A DNA stretch of 64,000 nucleotides from Somniosus microcephalus (taxonomy: Eukaryota), in the NCBI GenBank assembly GCA_052327205.1, contig CM126211.1, positions 8,990,001-9,054,000 of the forward strand, read 5' to 3'. Shown here piece by piece: positions 14,357 through 28,207 of the stretch. The notes under the pieces were generated by a model. The model was not told where the DNA came from and did not search any database. It saw nothing but the letters and a program-made list of their open reading frames with translations. Positions within the stretch are counted from its first letter, which is position 1; each line of letters starts with the position of its first letter. The position numbers and the translations under genes are program-made.

Positions 14357-14391
14357 AGAGGTCTATTTGTTTTCCCCCTGGTTTTAGGAGC

Positions 14392-15400
14392 ATGTTGCTG
14401 GATGCGGGACCCCAGTTCCCCACCCTCGGGGTGGGCACTTTCGCCCGCCACCACCACCACCACCACCACTCCAGCGCCGAGATGTCGGAGCGGGACCTGG
14501 GTTTGCCTCAGAACACCTTCGTCGACTCTGCGCACATGGGAGCTTTCAAGCTGAACGGCGGAGTCCACCACGACCTGTCCTCTCCTGGCCAGAGCTCGGC
14601 TTTCAGCTCGCAGGCGGCGGCGGCTGGCCCGGGCTACCCGTCCGCCTTGGCTCCCCACGCCGCCCATGTCAGCTCTTACTCGGGCGCCACTTTCAACTCC
14701 ACCCGGGACTTCATCTTCCGCAGCCGGGGCTTCAGCGACGCGAGCCCGGGCTCAAGCCAGCATGGCCTCTTCGGACCGAGCCCGGCCACTCTCCATCACC
14801 CGCACTCGGACACATCGGGGCACATCTTATTCCCCGGCATCCACGAACAAGGAGGATCCCACCCGTCGCCAAATGCGCACGTCCTCAACGGGCAAATGCG
14901 CCTGGGGCTCCCGGGCGAAGTGTTCGGCCGCTCGGACCAGTGTCCCAGGACTGACCCTTACTCGGCTGCCCAGCTCCACCATCACCACAACTACGGCCAC
15001 ATGAACATGAACATGAGCATGAACATGGCAGCGGCTCATCACGGCGCCGGAGCCTTCTTCAGGTACATGAGGCAACCCATCAAACAGGAGCTGATCTGCA
15101 AGTGGGTCGACCCCGAGCAGATGGCCAGCCCCAAAAAGTCCTGTAACAAAACCTTCAGCACCATGCACGAACTGGTGACCCACGTCTCGGTGGAGCATGT
15201 CGGTGGGCCCGAGCAGACCAACCACGTCTGCTTCTGGGAGGAGTGCGCCCGCGAAGGAAAGCCTTTCAAAGCCAAGTACAAATTGGTGAATCACATCAGG
15301 GTCCACACGGGAGAGAAACCCTTCCCTTGTCCATTCCCGGGCTGCGGGAAAGTTTTCGCCAGGTCGGAGAACTTAAAGATTCACAAACGCACCCATACAG
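14392..15400 (+). CDS. ZIC2: Zic2-like zinc-finger transcription factor, coding exon 1; orthology to canonical Zic2 uncertain
   Basis: [10 protein letters not shown] start, ZOC box [31 protein letters not shown], fingers 1-3, phase-1 donor ACAG|GTAAAA at 15401. Confidence 0.93.
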
Positions 15401-15509
15401 GTAAAAGCCCGAGTTTCTCACACCCCCCCCCCCCCCCCCCCAACAAGCCTACCCCGACAACTTTCCCCCTCGACCCTTCGGACCGCCGAGTTTGCGCTTC
15501 CCAGGAACT

Positions 15510-15544
<35 letters not shown>

Positions 15545-17459
15545 CCCTCGATCGGTGCATAGATCCAGGCAGTTCTCAACTCATTTGATGTTTCATTCCT
15601 TGCTTGCATTCGCCGCAATAATACGTTTTAAAATAATATAAAACTGCAAAATAAGATTGTCGTGATTGCGTTGAACAATGAAAATTAACTTTTCAAAACA
15701 CTTTCTAAACCACTTGAGAAATCTCCATTATCGATGTTTCAAATTTTAACAATAGGAGTAATAATTTAATAGTAGAGATTAAACAGAGAGGTGCAGCACA
15801 TTAATAATCTATAAATTATTTGACATATTTTAAAAGCAAATCTGTTCAGATTGCTGTTCGAAACTTAAATAAACGGAGACACGTTAAATGTCTAAAGTTA
15901 ATAAAATTCTGATGCTTTAAGAAACAATAATAATTCACAAATCCTGCTCATGCCTGGTCATATGATAGGCAATTGAACCACGAGTTTCTGGCATGTAAAA
16001 ACAATAAATGAAAATATTTGGAAATTGCGTTGAAATATTTGGGAATATTGCCTTGGGCTTCAAGTTTAAAATGTATAAGAACACATAATGCTACCAGAAA
16101 CCAGAAAAGCTGTTCAACGGCAGTTACTATGACTTACAATTTATGCCGTATTGCATAATATTTCTCTCAAGAGTGTAGAATTATGTCATCAGCAGTGGCC
16201 TGTATTTGGACCATAAACTTTGAATATGGGTCAAGATGTAATGTAAGGACAGAGGTTCTTGTGTGTAAAACGTGGCAGCTGAGAAGTGAAGCCAAGCTTT
16301 ACCCCGTGCGCCATTCATTATTTACAATCATGATTATATTTTCTAAATCACTGGTTCTTCAAAGGAGCAAAAAACAAACAAAAGCGGTAATTAATTAATA
16401 AGCTTTTTTTTAAAAAAAATAATAAAAACACACACACACACACACACACAATAACTATTTGCTTCTCCGAGAGTAGTAACAGGATGAAGGCCTATTGTCT
16501 GTTCAAGTGTAGGATTAATCATAGGTGCCAGACGGGTCTTTAGCAAGGTTCTCAACTGCGAAATTTATTTGCTCGGACTAGCTATCCTTCAGATTTCCAG
16601 GCGGTTTACATATCTCTTTCGGAAACAATTTAAATGCTAATGGAATGAAATGTTACATTGTTCCCCGGTACTTAGCAAGATTCCTGTGTGATTCACACCT
16701 CCCTTGTTCCGCCGATCAGGAATTGTCGATAAAGTTTGGACGGGAAATCTTCAGCATTCCAGACACAGTGGCCAATTTTAAAAAGTGTATCCCATATACA
16801 AGTGTAGATAAACATATGTAATTATCCAGGGACTGTGTAAATATATATATCTCCACATATCGATATCTAAGCGGTGGCGCTAAATTGGGTTCTGTGTTGG
16901 TTCATACCTCGACAGGTCTTTTGTTTCGGATATTTTATTTCTGAAATTCGTTTGGATCAATTAATGTAATACACATGTTAATTCTGAAAGTCCAAGAGGA
17001 CTGTTTAATTACACTGTGCCATTGTGTTGAGGCGATGAACTATTTCCTTTCGACGTGCTGTTTATCAGCTGGAGAAAGGCAGCTGGGAATCTTTTAATTG
17101 TGACTATTTCCATTTGGAGAATGGGATCCGAGCCACGCAAGGACAAGTACTTCGCACACTCGCATTAATCACTCCAGATCTAAACACGAATCAATTTTGT
17201 CAAGCGCATTTCCGTCCGCAGCCTAAGACTTTAATTTAGGATGGTTCATTTTAAATATTTTGTGTGTGTGTGTGTGTGCTTTTTTTTAAATAAATTGTCG
17301 CGATTAAAAATTGTCAGGACGAGTTATAAACGCCGACGGTTCAATATTCAGTATTTTTTTTATAAAGTGTTTAATCCAGGTGCTTTGAAGAGTGCTGGTG
17401 ATCACAGTGCGAAATGCAAGCGGTGGAAGGTTGAGGTATTGGTGATGTTGCTTGACTGA

Positions 17460-17759
<300 letters not shown>

Positions 17760-17800
17760 TGATTGGGGTTGTTTTTTTCTCCTACTTTTTTTTCCCGCAG

Positions 17801-17986
17801 GTTCATGAATCATCACAAGGTTCCGAGTCCTCACCGGCAGCCAGCTCTGGTTACGAATCGTCCACTCCTCCAGTGCTGGTTTCCCCGTCTACCGAACCCC
17901 CAAACAACAATAATTTATCTCCCGTCTCCTCTGCCGTGCACAGTAACGCCGGCATATCCTCCAACTTCAATGAATGGTACGTTTAA
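17801..17986 (+). CDS. ZIC2: Zic2-like coding exon 3 (C-terminus)
   Basis: Acceptor tttcccgcag at 17800; [24 protein letters not shown]...[12 protein letters not shown], the typical Zic1/2/3 C-terminus. Spliced CDS is 1359 nt, 452 aa. Confidence 0.95.
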   Translation, partial: VHESSQGSESSPAASSGYESSTPPVLVSPSTEPPNNNNLSPVSSAVHSNAGISSNFNEWYV

Positions 17987-19240
17987 AAAAAAAACCCACA
18001 CACGCACAAGCAAGCAAGCAAGACTACAGGCCCCAAACGTGGGAGATCGGCGCCTGTGCTAACTTAAAATTAAAGAAAACATCAAAAAAACTTCCTCTAA
18101 AATCTGTGTAAAAAGAAAACGGAGAATGATATAATCCCCATACAAGCAATACCGAGTTCCAGAGATTTTGCAGAAATGAAGATCAAGCGTTATTTATGTC
18201 TTACTGAACAAACTTTTTTGGCTACTTTTTACAACTTTGTACATAGAGAATTGCCGCCTGTCAGCTGAACTGTACCTGGGATTCTTGATATTTAGCGTTC
18301 GTTCTCCGGTAGCTGTGGATTTCTTTCTTGAGGTGATATGACACTTTCCTGATTGCACATAAAATGGAAACATCATAAAGGACTGAAAGAATGATTTCCT
18401 TGTCGTTGTATTTTAATGCTGAAATTTATGTCACCTTTTCAGGGCGAACGATTTGTGTAAAAAAATAACTCCGTGCAAACATGTAGAATGGAAACTGTGC
18501 CAAAGTCGAGTTACAGTTCACAAACACACACAGAAAACACAAATCATTGCTTGTGAATGTATTTTTTCTGTTAGCCGGGTTTTTTAATCTTGTGATGTTT
18601 TGTGCTTTGCAAGTCTGAATTGTGAAATACTATTGGAAGATTGTGAAAAAAGGTTGTGCCGTTAATTTTTGTAACAACAATTACTCATTCTGTAAATACC
18701 CGCCTTACCATATTTATCCCACTTGTAATTAAATTATGGTATTAACTTGCTGCAGATGAAACAATATTTATAAAGAATGTTTCTTAACTATAAATATGTA
18801 CAATTGTGAGTTAAACATGAGATGGTTCAGAATGTTTTGTTTCAATTTCTAGATAAAACATCGTTTTCCTCTTTCCTTGTGCGATGTCCTGAGGTCATTA
18901 ACAACATACAAAGATATAATAAAACGTGTTGCAAGTGTACATGCTGATATCGTTATTATTTTAAGGCCCAGATAATTCCTCACCGCTTCTGACCTGTGGT
19001 CATATTTGTTGCAGTTCATCTCAGCCCATCTGCTTAAGGTTGTTCGATAACATTTTTGTGTTTTTTTCGGTGAAGGCAACAGAATGAAATAGTCTGCTAG
19101 CTTTCTTAAAATGTCTAAAACACACTGGGGGGGGGGGGAAAGAGTCAAGAAGACTAGTTAGAACGCGCGCAATGTTTGAGGCAGATTTTACTTTCATCAT
19201 CATTCTAATTGTTTATTTGTCAAGCAGCTTGTAAAATAAA
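17987..19240 (+). other. Probable 3' UTR of the Zic2-like gene with AU-rich regulatory motifs
   Basis: Pumilio-type TGTANATA at 18238 and 18691; ATTAAA at 18728; AATAAA at 19235. True 3' end not determinable. Confidence 0.55.
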
Positions 19241-19969
19241 TATTCAGGGACCATTTTTCCACAACAGCGATCATTCGCTTGCGAGGTTTATGGACGATTT
19301 ATCGGATGTCTTGTTTCCACTGTCTTGTGGGCGTAGAGACAGCGAAGTTAAGAAAACCAAGTTAGATAGTCCAAGGTGGGATTAATTTATAATCATCTGG
19401 GAGGGGGGAAAAAAGAGAGTAGTCGATGGTAATTAGTTCCTGCATATGGGATTGGTAAAAACACAAAAAATGTACACAATTGTGTGGAAATGGAGGTGGA
19501 ATTCATTATCGCACAGTTACAAAACCAGACACATGTAAGGTGTTTTCGTTTGCATTTTGAGTGACCGCAAGAAACGGACACAGTGACTGGGATGGGGGAG
19601 GTTATAAATTCCCTATAAAATCTGAATGAGCACTGCATCTGCTACTTGTTATACCGCCCGAATGGAAAATATGAGATTTATTTCCAAACGCATGCGAAGA
19701 GAAAAATAACAACGCGCGCAATTCAGGACGGAACTCTTTAAGCGGCTGAAGGTTGCCGCAGATATAAAACAAACTAATGTGGAAATATTCTGGTGATTTT
19801 TCTCTTTCTTTTGATCGGCGTAACTGGCAATGGAAACACGTCACTCTCGCGGCTCCTTCTTTACGCCGCGGGGTTGGTGAAACAGTCAGACACTGCCCGC
19901 TGAAGCCAAGTCACTTTCAAAAAAACAAAACAACTCCCCAACCCCGTCCTCTCAGAAAGCACTGTCACA

Positions 19970-20002
<33 letters not shown>

Positions 20003-23000
20003 GCAAAGCAAACTTCACATGTGGGTGCAACCCATTCCAACTGAGTACTCAAATCCGGCTTTAATACGATTTTTGGCAGACTAAAATAAATGTTGTTTTA
20101 TCCTCTGAAGGCACCAAATCTCGACCTGGTAGATTCGGGTCTTAAAAGTAACTGAAAAGCCTTGTGCTCGCTTTAAAGGAACCCAGCCACAAAGCCCCGG
20201 ACCAGGCGACGTTTTTAAATGGAGAGGGCTTGAACTTGACTTTGCCTCACCCGGGGCTCTGCTGGTTCATTCCATTGTCACACCATTAAACACCGTTGTC
20301 CCGCCTCACGAGTCGTGTATATATATTTTTTTCTCTACTTTTGGTATGTGTTGCGTTAAATAGCATTTCCGTTACCGATCGAACGCCGCAGCGGCAGTGG
20401 AGTTTACTTAGGGTGTGAATTCCCTCAAAATGTTGTAAAAATATATATATATCGCGTCACCCCTCCCACCATCACCAAGTAAAAGTATGCTGAGATGATG
20501 CCAAGAGGCGTTTGAACTGCTGGAAAATGTAAGTACCATTTTGTTCTGTTTGCTTCGATTTCTAATTTCATTTTTAATTTACAACTCTTGGCGGAAAGGA
20601 GCTGATGGATATTCCTACCGCACTATTTGTTGGCAAACTATGTTCTGGAAACTTGACAAGGACAAATAGAGATTTTTAAAAAACTTTAAAGGGGACTTAA
20701 CGCCAGCTTCACATCTCAAAACAACACGGAAATGAAAATCGTTATAAATTACACGATCTCTATGACAGTGGTGTATGTCTATCGATAAACTCACTTTTGT
20801 TATTTAAATATACAGAAGTTAAGGTTTTAGCAATAAAGTGTCTACGAGGTCGGATAATCAGAGAGTACTTGGCTGACAACGGAATAGCGTTTGGGAGCTG
20901 CAATGTGGATTCCTCACACTCCAAAGTCACTAGAGTGATGATAACACTGAGACAACGTTATGATATAATTTTATAAAGAGATCGTTAAATGGTCTATAAA
21001 TTACAGATAGAGAGCCACCTGAGGGCACAGTGACTGTTGTATTGATAATTACAGGGGGGATATGGCGAGTCCCCGTCACTCGAAATGACAGCTCATAAAT
21101 TATAAAGCTGCCCTAATAAACATTCAATTGTAACTCTCAAATCGCAGATTTTATGGTACGTTTCAAAGTTATAAGACAATTTTAAGAGATAATTCAATCG
21201 ACCCTGCTATTAATGATTAACACTAGCACGATAACGTTACAGTAAGGACCGCAATTGATGCTGTGGGTTGGAATGAGGTTGTTTATATCTTGTGGTTGGA
21301 GATATTGCATTCTGCCATGAATCAGAGAGCGAGAGAGAGAGAGAGCCCCAGAAAAGAAACAGGCGCTTCAAAGATCTAAATTCTATGTTGCAAGCACCAA
21401 TCAACGCAATTTCAAGCGTTATTTGCTGACCAGAGGTTTAAGTTCGGTTGTCCGATGCATGCTCTATGTTCGTTAAAGGGGATAAAACCTCGAAGTAGCA
21501 GAGCCTGTGTTCACTGTGAAAACATAATTTCCCATTATAAAGCTGTGATTGTGTTGTCTGAGAGGTCAGCGCAGAGAGAAAAAAACTGTCAGTAAATTGG
21601 AGTCTCCGTGCATCATCAATTGCTATAAATTGTGCGAAGCAGCCACGGTCACAACAGTAAGACTTCAATAATCCATGTGCGAATACATGCATACTGTATA
21701 TCTATCTATTGCTTTCTCTACACGTAGCTGTATACCGGCACAATATGTTCATAAACATGAAAAGAAAATTCACAAATACTAAAACGTCTTTATATATCAC
21801 CAGCCACAATCAAATTCAATCGTGGTTTGAACTTTGGGCACATACTAATCGATAAAATATTTCATTGGTAGGATACGTGTTGAAGTTATGACATTGACTA
21901 TAATTTTTTTAATGTGAACTAGTGTTGGAGTAACGTTCGAGGAATGCATTCAAATGATATCTTCTTTTATTCCTATTTTTCCAGTTTTGCACGTATTTAC
22001 CCGACGAGTTCAATTAATAATAAACTAATGACTGCCTTTATTAGAGGATTAGCAATGGCTCGTTCTGCTTTACATTAATGGTTTAACATGTATTTATGTC
22101 GATCAAAGTCTGTGAGTGGGAGTAATTTGGTTACTTAAGTTTCACCAATTAAAATGATCACAAGCTTGTGTTCGTTAGTGTACAAATGATTTTCCTTCGA
22201 AGATAAATTAATCTCTTTGACTACTCTATTATGCAATCACCACTCGTTAATTAAAATGTGACAGTGGTTCGTCTGGGAAAAAATATATTACTCTGGTGTT
22301 GATAACGCGACTTCTTAAGGAAATCACTCGTTTTTCAAAATGGGGGGATAAAATGACGACCAATCCCGCTGTGGCAGGGGGCTGCAGAGAAAAAACAAAA
22401 TAAAAATATTAAAGACAATTATGAAGATGAAAATGGTGAGGATAGCGTTGATGGGAAAGGTGGCGATGATGATGATGATGATTTGACAACTACAGTAAGG
22501 GTGGAAGGGCAGCCCCATACTGTGTCCAGATATCTGCTCATTCCTGACACACGCTGTTATGATATTGATCCCTGATAGTGAAGGAGTACAAAAAGCTATA
22601 TTGTTGGAGGTGAATACCGATTCTAGCCAATTTGAATGTTGGTGCAGCTTTACTTAGCCCAAACTTTTATCGATGAAACAATCCGTTGTTAGTGGATGGT
22701 TCAGGTTTCTGGGTTTTTAAATATACATATATTATTATTTGTATTGTAAGCAACCTATTTTAAACTTCACATTTGGAACCAGATTGTTCAATGCTTAACA
22801 CACGATCCAAAAGCGTCAGGTGCACGATACATTAACCATCACACACTTGGCGCGATTCTGGGGACTCCGATACCACCCAGACATATGACTTGGTATTGTG
22901 TTGTTATAGGTGGAAGGGTATCGATGGAAATATTATGATGAAAAGACCATAATTTGTGCAACAGGTACATTTGCATGTGTTTGAGATTGCGCATATCCTA

Positions 23001-26000
23001 CATGCATGTTTGTTCTGTTTAGATATTTCTGCATAATCAAGCCATGTCTTGGTGTTTTGAAATTGTGTAACTTTGTTCACAGATTCGGACATTTTGCGAA
23101 GATGTCACATTGGCTGCGTGCTGTCTCCAGTTTAACCCTTTGATTGCTGTGTGCACGTTCACAACACTTTTGTCCGCAGTGGGCACGCGATCTTTAATCT
23201 ATTTCTAAGATCAGTGTAAAGAATAAACGTAGAGAGCGAAAGAGTATTTTGTAGTTGATAACATATTTTGTAGCCTCTATTTTAAGCACGGTTATTCAAT
23301 TGTCACACATTCATTATTACAGGTTACAAGTATCTACCTAGTTGGATCTACTGTAGTTGCAGCGCTTGGAAGTGGGGCGTTTTCTTTGCTTTTTCCACAT
23401 CCCTTATACATCCGAATTAATGTGACCTTGAATTACTGGGACTATCCATCCTGGTGCACTGGTATTTAATAATAATGTGCTAGGGTGAATAATCAGGATC
23501 ACCACCTGCTTTCCAGCTGAAGCGGCGACAAACCCGAATTGCTGTCGCACGCTGGAATATTTCCTAAATAAGTGTTATTTTCGGACAAGATGCAGACAGC
23601 ATCAATCCGTGACTGCGATTGCACGAAACCTAAATCCAACCTAAAAACAATCTGGATTCTTACCTTGACAGATAATGGTCGATGGAAACACTTTCTTCAT
23701 TTGGAGCTGTTCACACAATAAGCCTGATGTAGAGTTCTGAACGGATTCTGACTTTATATAGTTTTGAGCGCTTAAGTAAACAATAGACATCTTGCGTGCA
23801 CCACATTTTGTTGCTGATTATTATTGTTACCCTCACTGTAGTTCCAATTTCAATGTGATATATTTATTTTAACATTCATATTTATTTTTAGGATCAAACG
23901 AATTTTCTGAAATAATATTCGGTTACAATTATTCTGATCGCCATTTAAGACTGTGCGAAGGGAAGGTTTTGTCTTTTTTTTTAGACTACAGCTACAGTAA
24001 ATCATTCATTGATATATTCTTGCTTTGGGTGGACTTTGGAATAATCTTAACGGTTTCTGTTTTTTTAGTTACGTGGTTGGTCTATTCGTCTGAGAATTTG
24101 GAGAACCGTTTCATTTCTATTCGATTTGGGATCAAGTGTACAACAAGTAACGGGGCGGGAGAGTGAATCCAGTGACACTCCTGGCATTGCAAAGTACAGT
24201 CACACTCTGCTGACATAACGCCAGTTATAAAGTGTCCTTCCTCTGTGATTGTGCTCGGATCTTTCATTTTCTCATCGTTTTACCGAGTCCAGGATTTTGC
24301 TTTTCGTGGGAGGTTTTGATGGTTAGTCGTTTATTCAGAAAAACATAATAATAACGTGACATCTCAACGAGATCAGTTACAGTTATTTGCACGAATATCT
24401 CGGGCATTGTCCTTGTCACTGTTTCTAGTTGTTGCACCTTGTGACAGCAGGAATAAAACATCCGATTAGGAAGGGATATATTGCAGTTACTTTCTGCAGA
24501 AAAAAAACACCGTTTTCGTTATTTCAAACTATCCCCCACACACCGCACTTTAACCTGGTGATCATTATTTAACCTGGTGATCATTATATTTATTGGAGTT
24601 CCGTGAAAATATATAGTTCAGCGAATTGGTTAAATATGCAAAGTTTTCAGACTAATAAATACACCTTTTCTTAAGTGACATTGTCATTTGAAGATAAGAA
24701 TCTATTGCACGCAGACAGGTTTTTTAAATAAATTCAGCCGAAGTTACCTTGCGAAATGGAAGTCGCAATTTCAGTCATTTGTATAATAAGTTACACTTTC
24801 TATTGTTTGTTCTTGGGAGTTACTTCACCAAAATGACCACAGGGATTTAAGTGGCCGATCCCTGAGATTCTACAAGACACAGCTCTGCCGCACTCCAGGC
24901 ATTTGCTTGCCAGCTGCGATGTGTGGCTATTATTTCGAGCAATGTCTCTGGCATTCTCTAGCCCGGCGCTTACTGGAACTGTATAATAATACTATTGCTG
25001 TTGGGAAAAAACTCGAGTCCAAAGATAGACTTGAGGACGACGCTAACTCTTTGCCTCTGTGAAAAGACAGCCTCTTTGTGTCGCTCTCCATAAGAGGTTT
25101 ATGTCGTTCTAACCTCTCGTGGTCTTTTTTTCTTCTTCTTCTTGCTTGTCTATGATCAGGACACATGACATTTCTAAAAAATAAATCAGTAACTTACAAA
25201 CACAACATTTGTTCAAAGAATTGTTACGTATCCGATTTCTAATAGGGAAACATAAGAAAGTGATATTTTACGTGTCAATATTTGTCTTCTTCCCTCTATC
25301 AATTATAATATTTTTAAAAATACGGTGCTTTTTTACTATAAAATATTGTCCGAATTAAATTCGCAATGCTAACTCCTCCAGCCCTGTTTTCTGCAGATGG
25401 TTGTGTGTATAGACTCAGATATATTCCACAATAACGAGAACACTAAGAATTGCTGCTATTTTCACGAGATATCATCAGTATCAGAAAATAAATATTCTAA
25501 TTCTACACTTTCCCATCAATTCATTTTTACAGTGCTTTTACGGTTTTTTTTACTTCGGAAAATAATCAGAGGTTAAGGCTAGATTTATAAAGCAAACAGA
25601 GAACGCAGTTTTCAAAGCCATGAGCCCGTGGTCAAACCTCACATGTGGTTTACACTGCAAGAACGCTTTGATAGTACAGAAGCAACTTGATTTAGTGCGT
25701 CAGTTGCAATCCAGTACCATCTGACAATGTAAATTGCGCGTGATATTCAATACTTCATAACAGACTGCTCTGTCATAAATCTACTTTCTTAAATTCTAGC
25801 TCTCTTTCTAATGCCATGTAAAATAGAGTTGTCTTTCACCGAGGCCAACACTGAATATCTAGGCTCACACATGAAGGAAAACTATTTGGACAAGTCACTG
25901 ACTGGTGCCCGGGGAACCATACGTCAACACGCAGAGGGAAGGGGAACAAAAACGAAGGGGATTGTGGCTTGCTGGCTTGAGGATTCCCACACATTTTTTT

Positions 26001-26334
26001 TCCCATTTTCCCCCTAGGGCGACAGCCCAGTGCAGTATTAAGGGAGTGCTACATGTGCAATGCTCTGTCTTTTAGAATTATTTACTTTTTTTTGTTTTTA
26101 TTTTGTCATATATCAAATTTTTAGGTGTGTATCATCAATGGCTCAAAAGCCAACATGACTGTAAAAAGACATTGGTAGCTTTTTGCTGCTTGCACTTTAT
26201 TCACTCATAGTTTTGCTACCTGTTCGGTAACGTTTGAGATCATCGGTATTGTTCAGTTAAGAATGATTTGTTGTGATGGATGTGGAACTCGAGACAACCA
26301 GGAATAGTTGAGGCGAACAGCAGAGCTGTAGTGC

Positions 26335-26765
26335 GTCAGCTGTGGCTCAGTGGGCAGCACTCTGGCCTTGGTAGTTGGAAGGGTGTGGGTTCATAGTCCC
26401 ACTCCAGAGATTTCAACACAAACATCTCAACTGACACTCCCAGTGCAGTACTGAGGGAGCCCTGCCCTGTCGGAGGTGCTGTCTTTTGGTCTGCTTTCTC
26501 AGGTGGATGTAAAAGATTCCATGGCACCATTTCAATTAAGTTATCCCTGGTGTCCTGGCCAATATTTTGTCCTGCAATGAACATAACAAAAACAGATTAT
26601 CTGGTCATTGTCACATTGCTGTTTGTGGGAGCTTGATGTGTGTAATTGGCTGCCACGTTTCCTACATTACAACAGTGACTATGCTTCAAAAGTACCTGAT
26701 TGCCTGTAAAGTGCTTTGGGATGTTCTGAGGTCATGAAAGGTGCTTTATAAATGTAAGTCTTTCT
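26335..26765 (+). mobile_element. tRNA-derived DeuSINE (SacSINE1/AmnSINE1-like), near full length
   Basis: A-box TGGCTCAGTGG, B-box-like GGTTCATAGTCC, Deu-like core (gacactcccagtgcagtactgagggag...cattgctgtttgtgggagcttg), L2-like tail ending in tctttc; further copies in the window. Confidence 0.8.
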
Positions 26766-26775
26766 TTTTTCCTTT

Positions 26776-26945
26776 TAAGGGGAAGCTGGATAAACACATG
26801 AGGGAGAAAGAAATAGAAGGATATGCTGATGGGGTGAGATGAAGAGGGGTGGGAGGAGGCTCGTGTGGAGCATAAACACCGGCACGGACCAGGTGGGCCG
26901 AATGGCCTGTTTCTGTGCTGTACATTCTATGTATGTAATTCTATG
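26776..26945 (+). mobile_element. CR1 LINE 3' end fragment
   Basis: tgggccgaatggcctgtttctgtgctgt followed by an attctatg-type tail, like the other CR1 3' ends here. Confidence 0.7.
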
Positions 26946-27331
26946 CGATGGTTGCTTTTTTTTAAATAAATATGACAGTTGAAGCAATCAGGATTTTGTT
27001 TCCTCATGGATATCTTGTAAGTATGATACTTGATGAATGACAGATATTTTCTGTGTGACACTTTGATGTCTGATATACACTTTCCTGCAGACACACCCGA
27101 AGTGCAAGACTTTGGATTGTATAAATGGATATGGATTTTTGGCAAGGATAACAAAGGTATGTTTACTCTGGGATTTCAGGCAACATTATAAACCATGAGT
27201 GTGAAACTAAATGAGTTATGGTTTCTGTATGAAGTCTAAATTATATTACAGCCTACTCTCAACAATTTGCAAACATAATCTACACTACAGTTTCAATAAC
27301 TGATCATATGAGGGAGTAACCTGAAATATTA

Positions 27332-27660
27332 CAATAGCAAAATACAGCGGATGTTGGAAATCTGAAATAAAAACAGAAAATGCTGGAAACACTCAGCAGG
27401 TCGGGCAGCATCTGTGGAGAGAGAAACAAGTTTCAGGTCAATGACCTTTCATCAGCACTGGAAAAAGTTAGAGATGTACCTGTAATAGGTTTTAAGCAAG
27501 TACAGAGGCAGGGAAAGCAGGAGAGGGGAGGAAAGATCAAAAGGGGGAGGTCTATGATAGGGTGGAAGGCAGGAGAGATTAAATGACAAAAGGGATGATG
27601 ATGCAAGGCAAAAGGGGGTGGCAATGGGACAAGTAAATAAACAAAAGGGTCTAGAAGAGT
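27332..27660 (-). mobile_element. Penelope-like element terminal fragment
   Basis: Same sequence as 34861-34999 (aaatgctggaaa...cagcatctgtggagagagaaac...tcatcag), followed by purine-rich sequence. Confidence 0.6.
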
Positions 27661-28207
27661 GAAATATTATACAGATTGAAGATTGCAATTTGTTTTAAAA
27701 GATGTCAACACCCCAGCATATATTATCACATGATTTGTGTCTGTGGTCTTTGTTGTTCTCAGCTGGGGTGACAACTAGCTGTGCTATATTCGGCTCCATT
27801 GTCCCTGGGCTGGTAGAACAAGTGCAGTATCGTGTTCCTGCTCTTGATTGCTGTCTAGTGCCCCTTCTGGTAGTGTAAATGTAGACAACAGATGAGGACA
27901 AGATTGGCTTGGCTGTGATGCTTGCTGTGGTCAACTAGCCAGCTGAGATTCACCATAAGGCTCACACATGAATAATGGCCATTTGAGAAAGGTACCAGAG
28001 GCATCTGCCTCTCAGTAATAAATCAACACTCTCAGGAAAGGTACTCAGATACACAAGTCTTTAAAAGTAGGAGGACAAGTTGTTAAAGATGTAAAAAAAA
28101 ATATAGGATCCTTCTACGAATGCACATTCTGGGTGGTATTCTTGCAGATGAACGTGACCCACTGTCCTTGTTTCAAGTTAAGGATCCCTGATTATAATCG
28201 TTCAACC

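Noticed and set aside
14038-14391. 118-aa Val/Cys/Gly-rich N-terminal extension of the Zic2-like ORF
   Set aside because: Starts at a non-ATG codon inside the GT repeat; the conserved start is MLLDAGPQF at 14392.
13879-15306. Antisense ORFs over Zic2-like exon 1
   Set aside because: Shadow ORFs of GC-rich coding sequence and the GT repeat; no recognisable domains.
24549-24586. 19-bp direct tandem duplication (tttaacctggtgatcatta x2); similar small duplication at ~59274-59371
   Set aside because: Ordinary slippage duplications with no evidence of function.
26335-26410. tRNA gene
   Set aside because: The A/B boxes belong to a SINE head followed by the SINE body; no complete cloverleaf.
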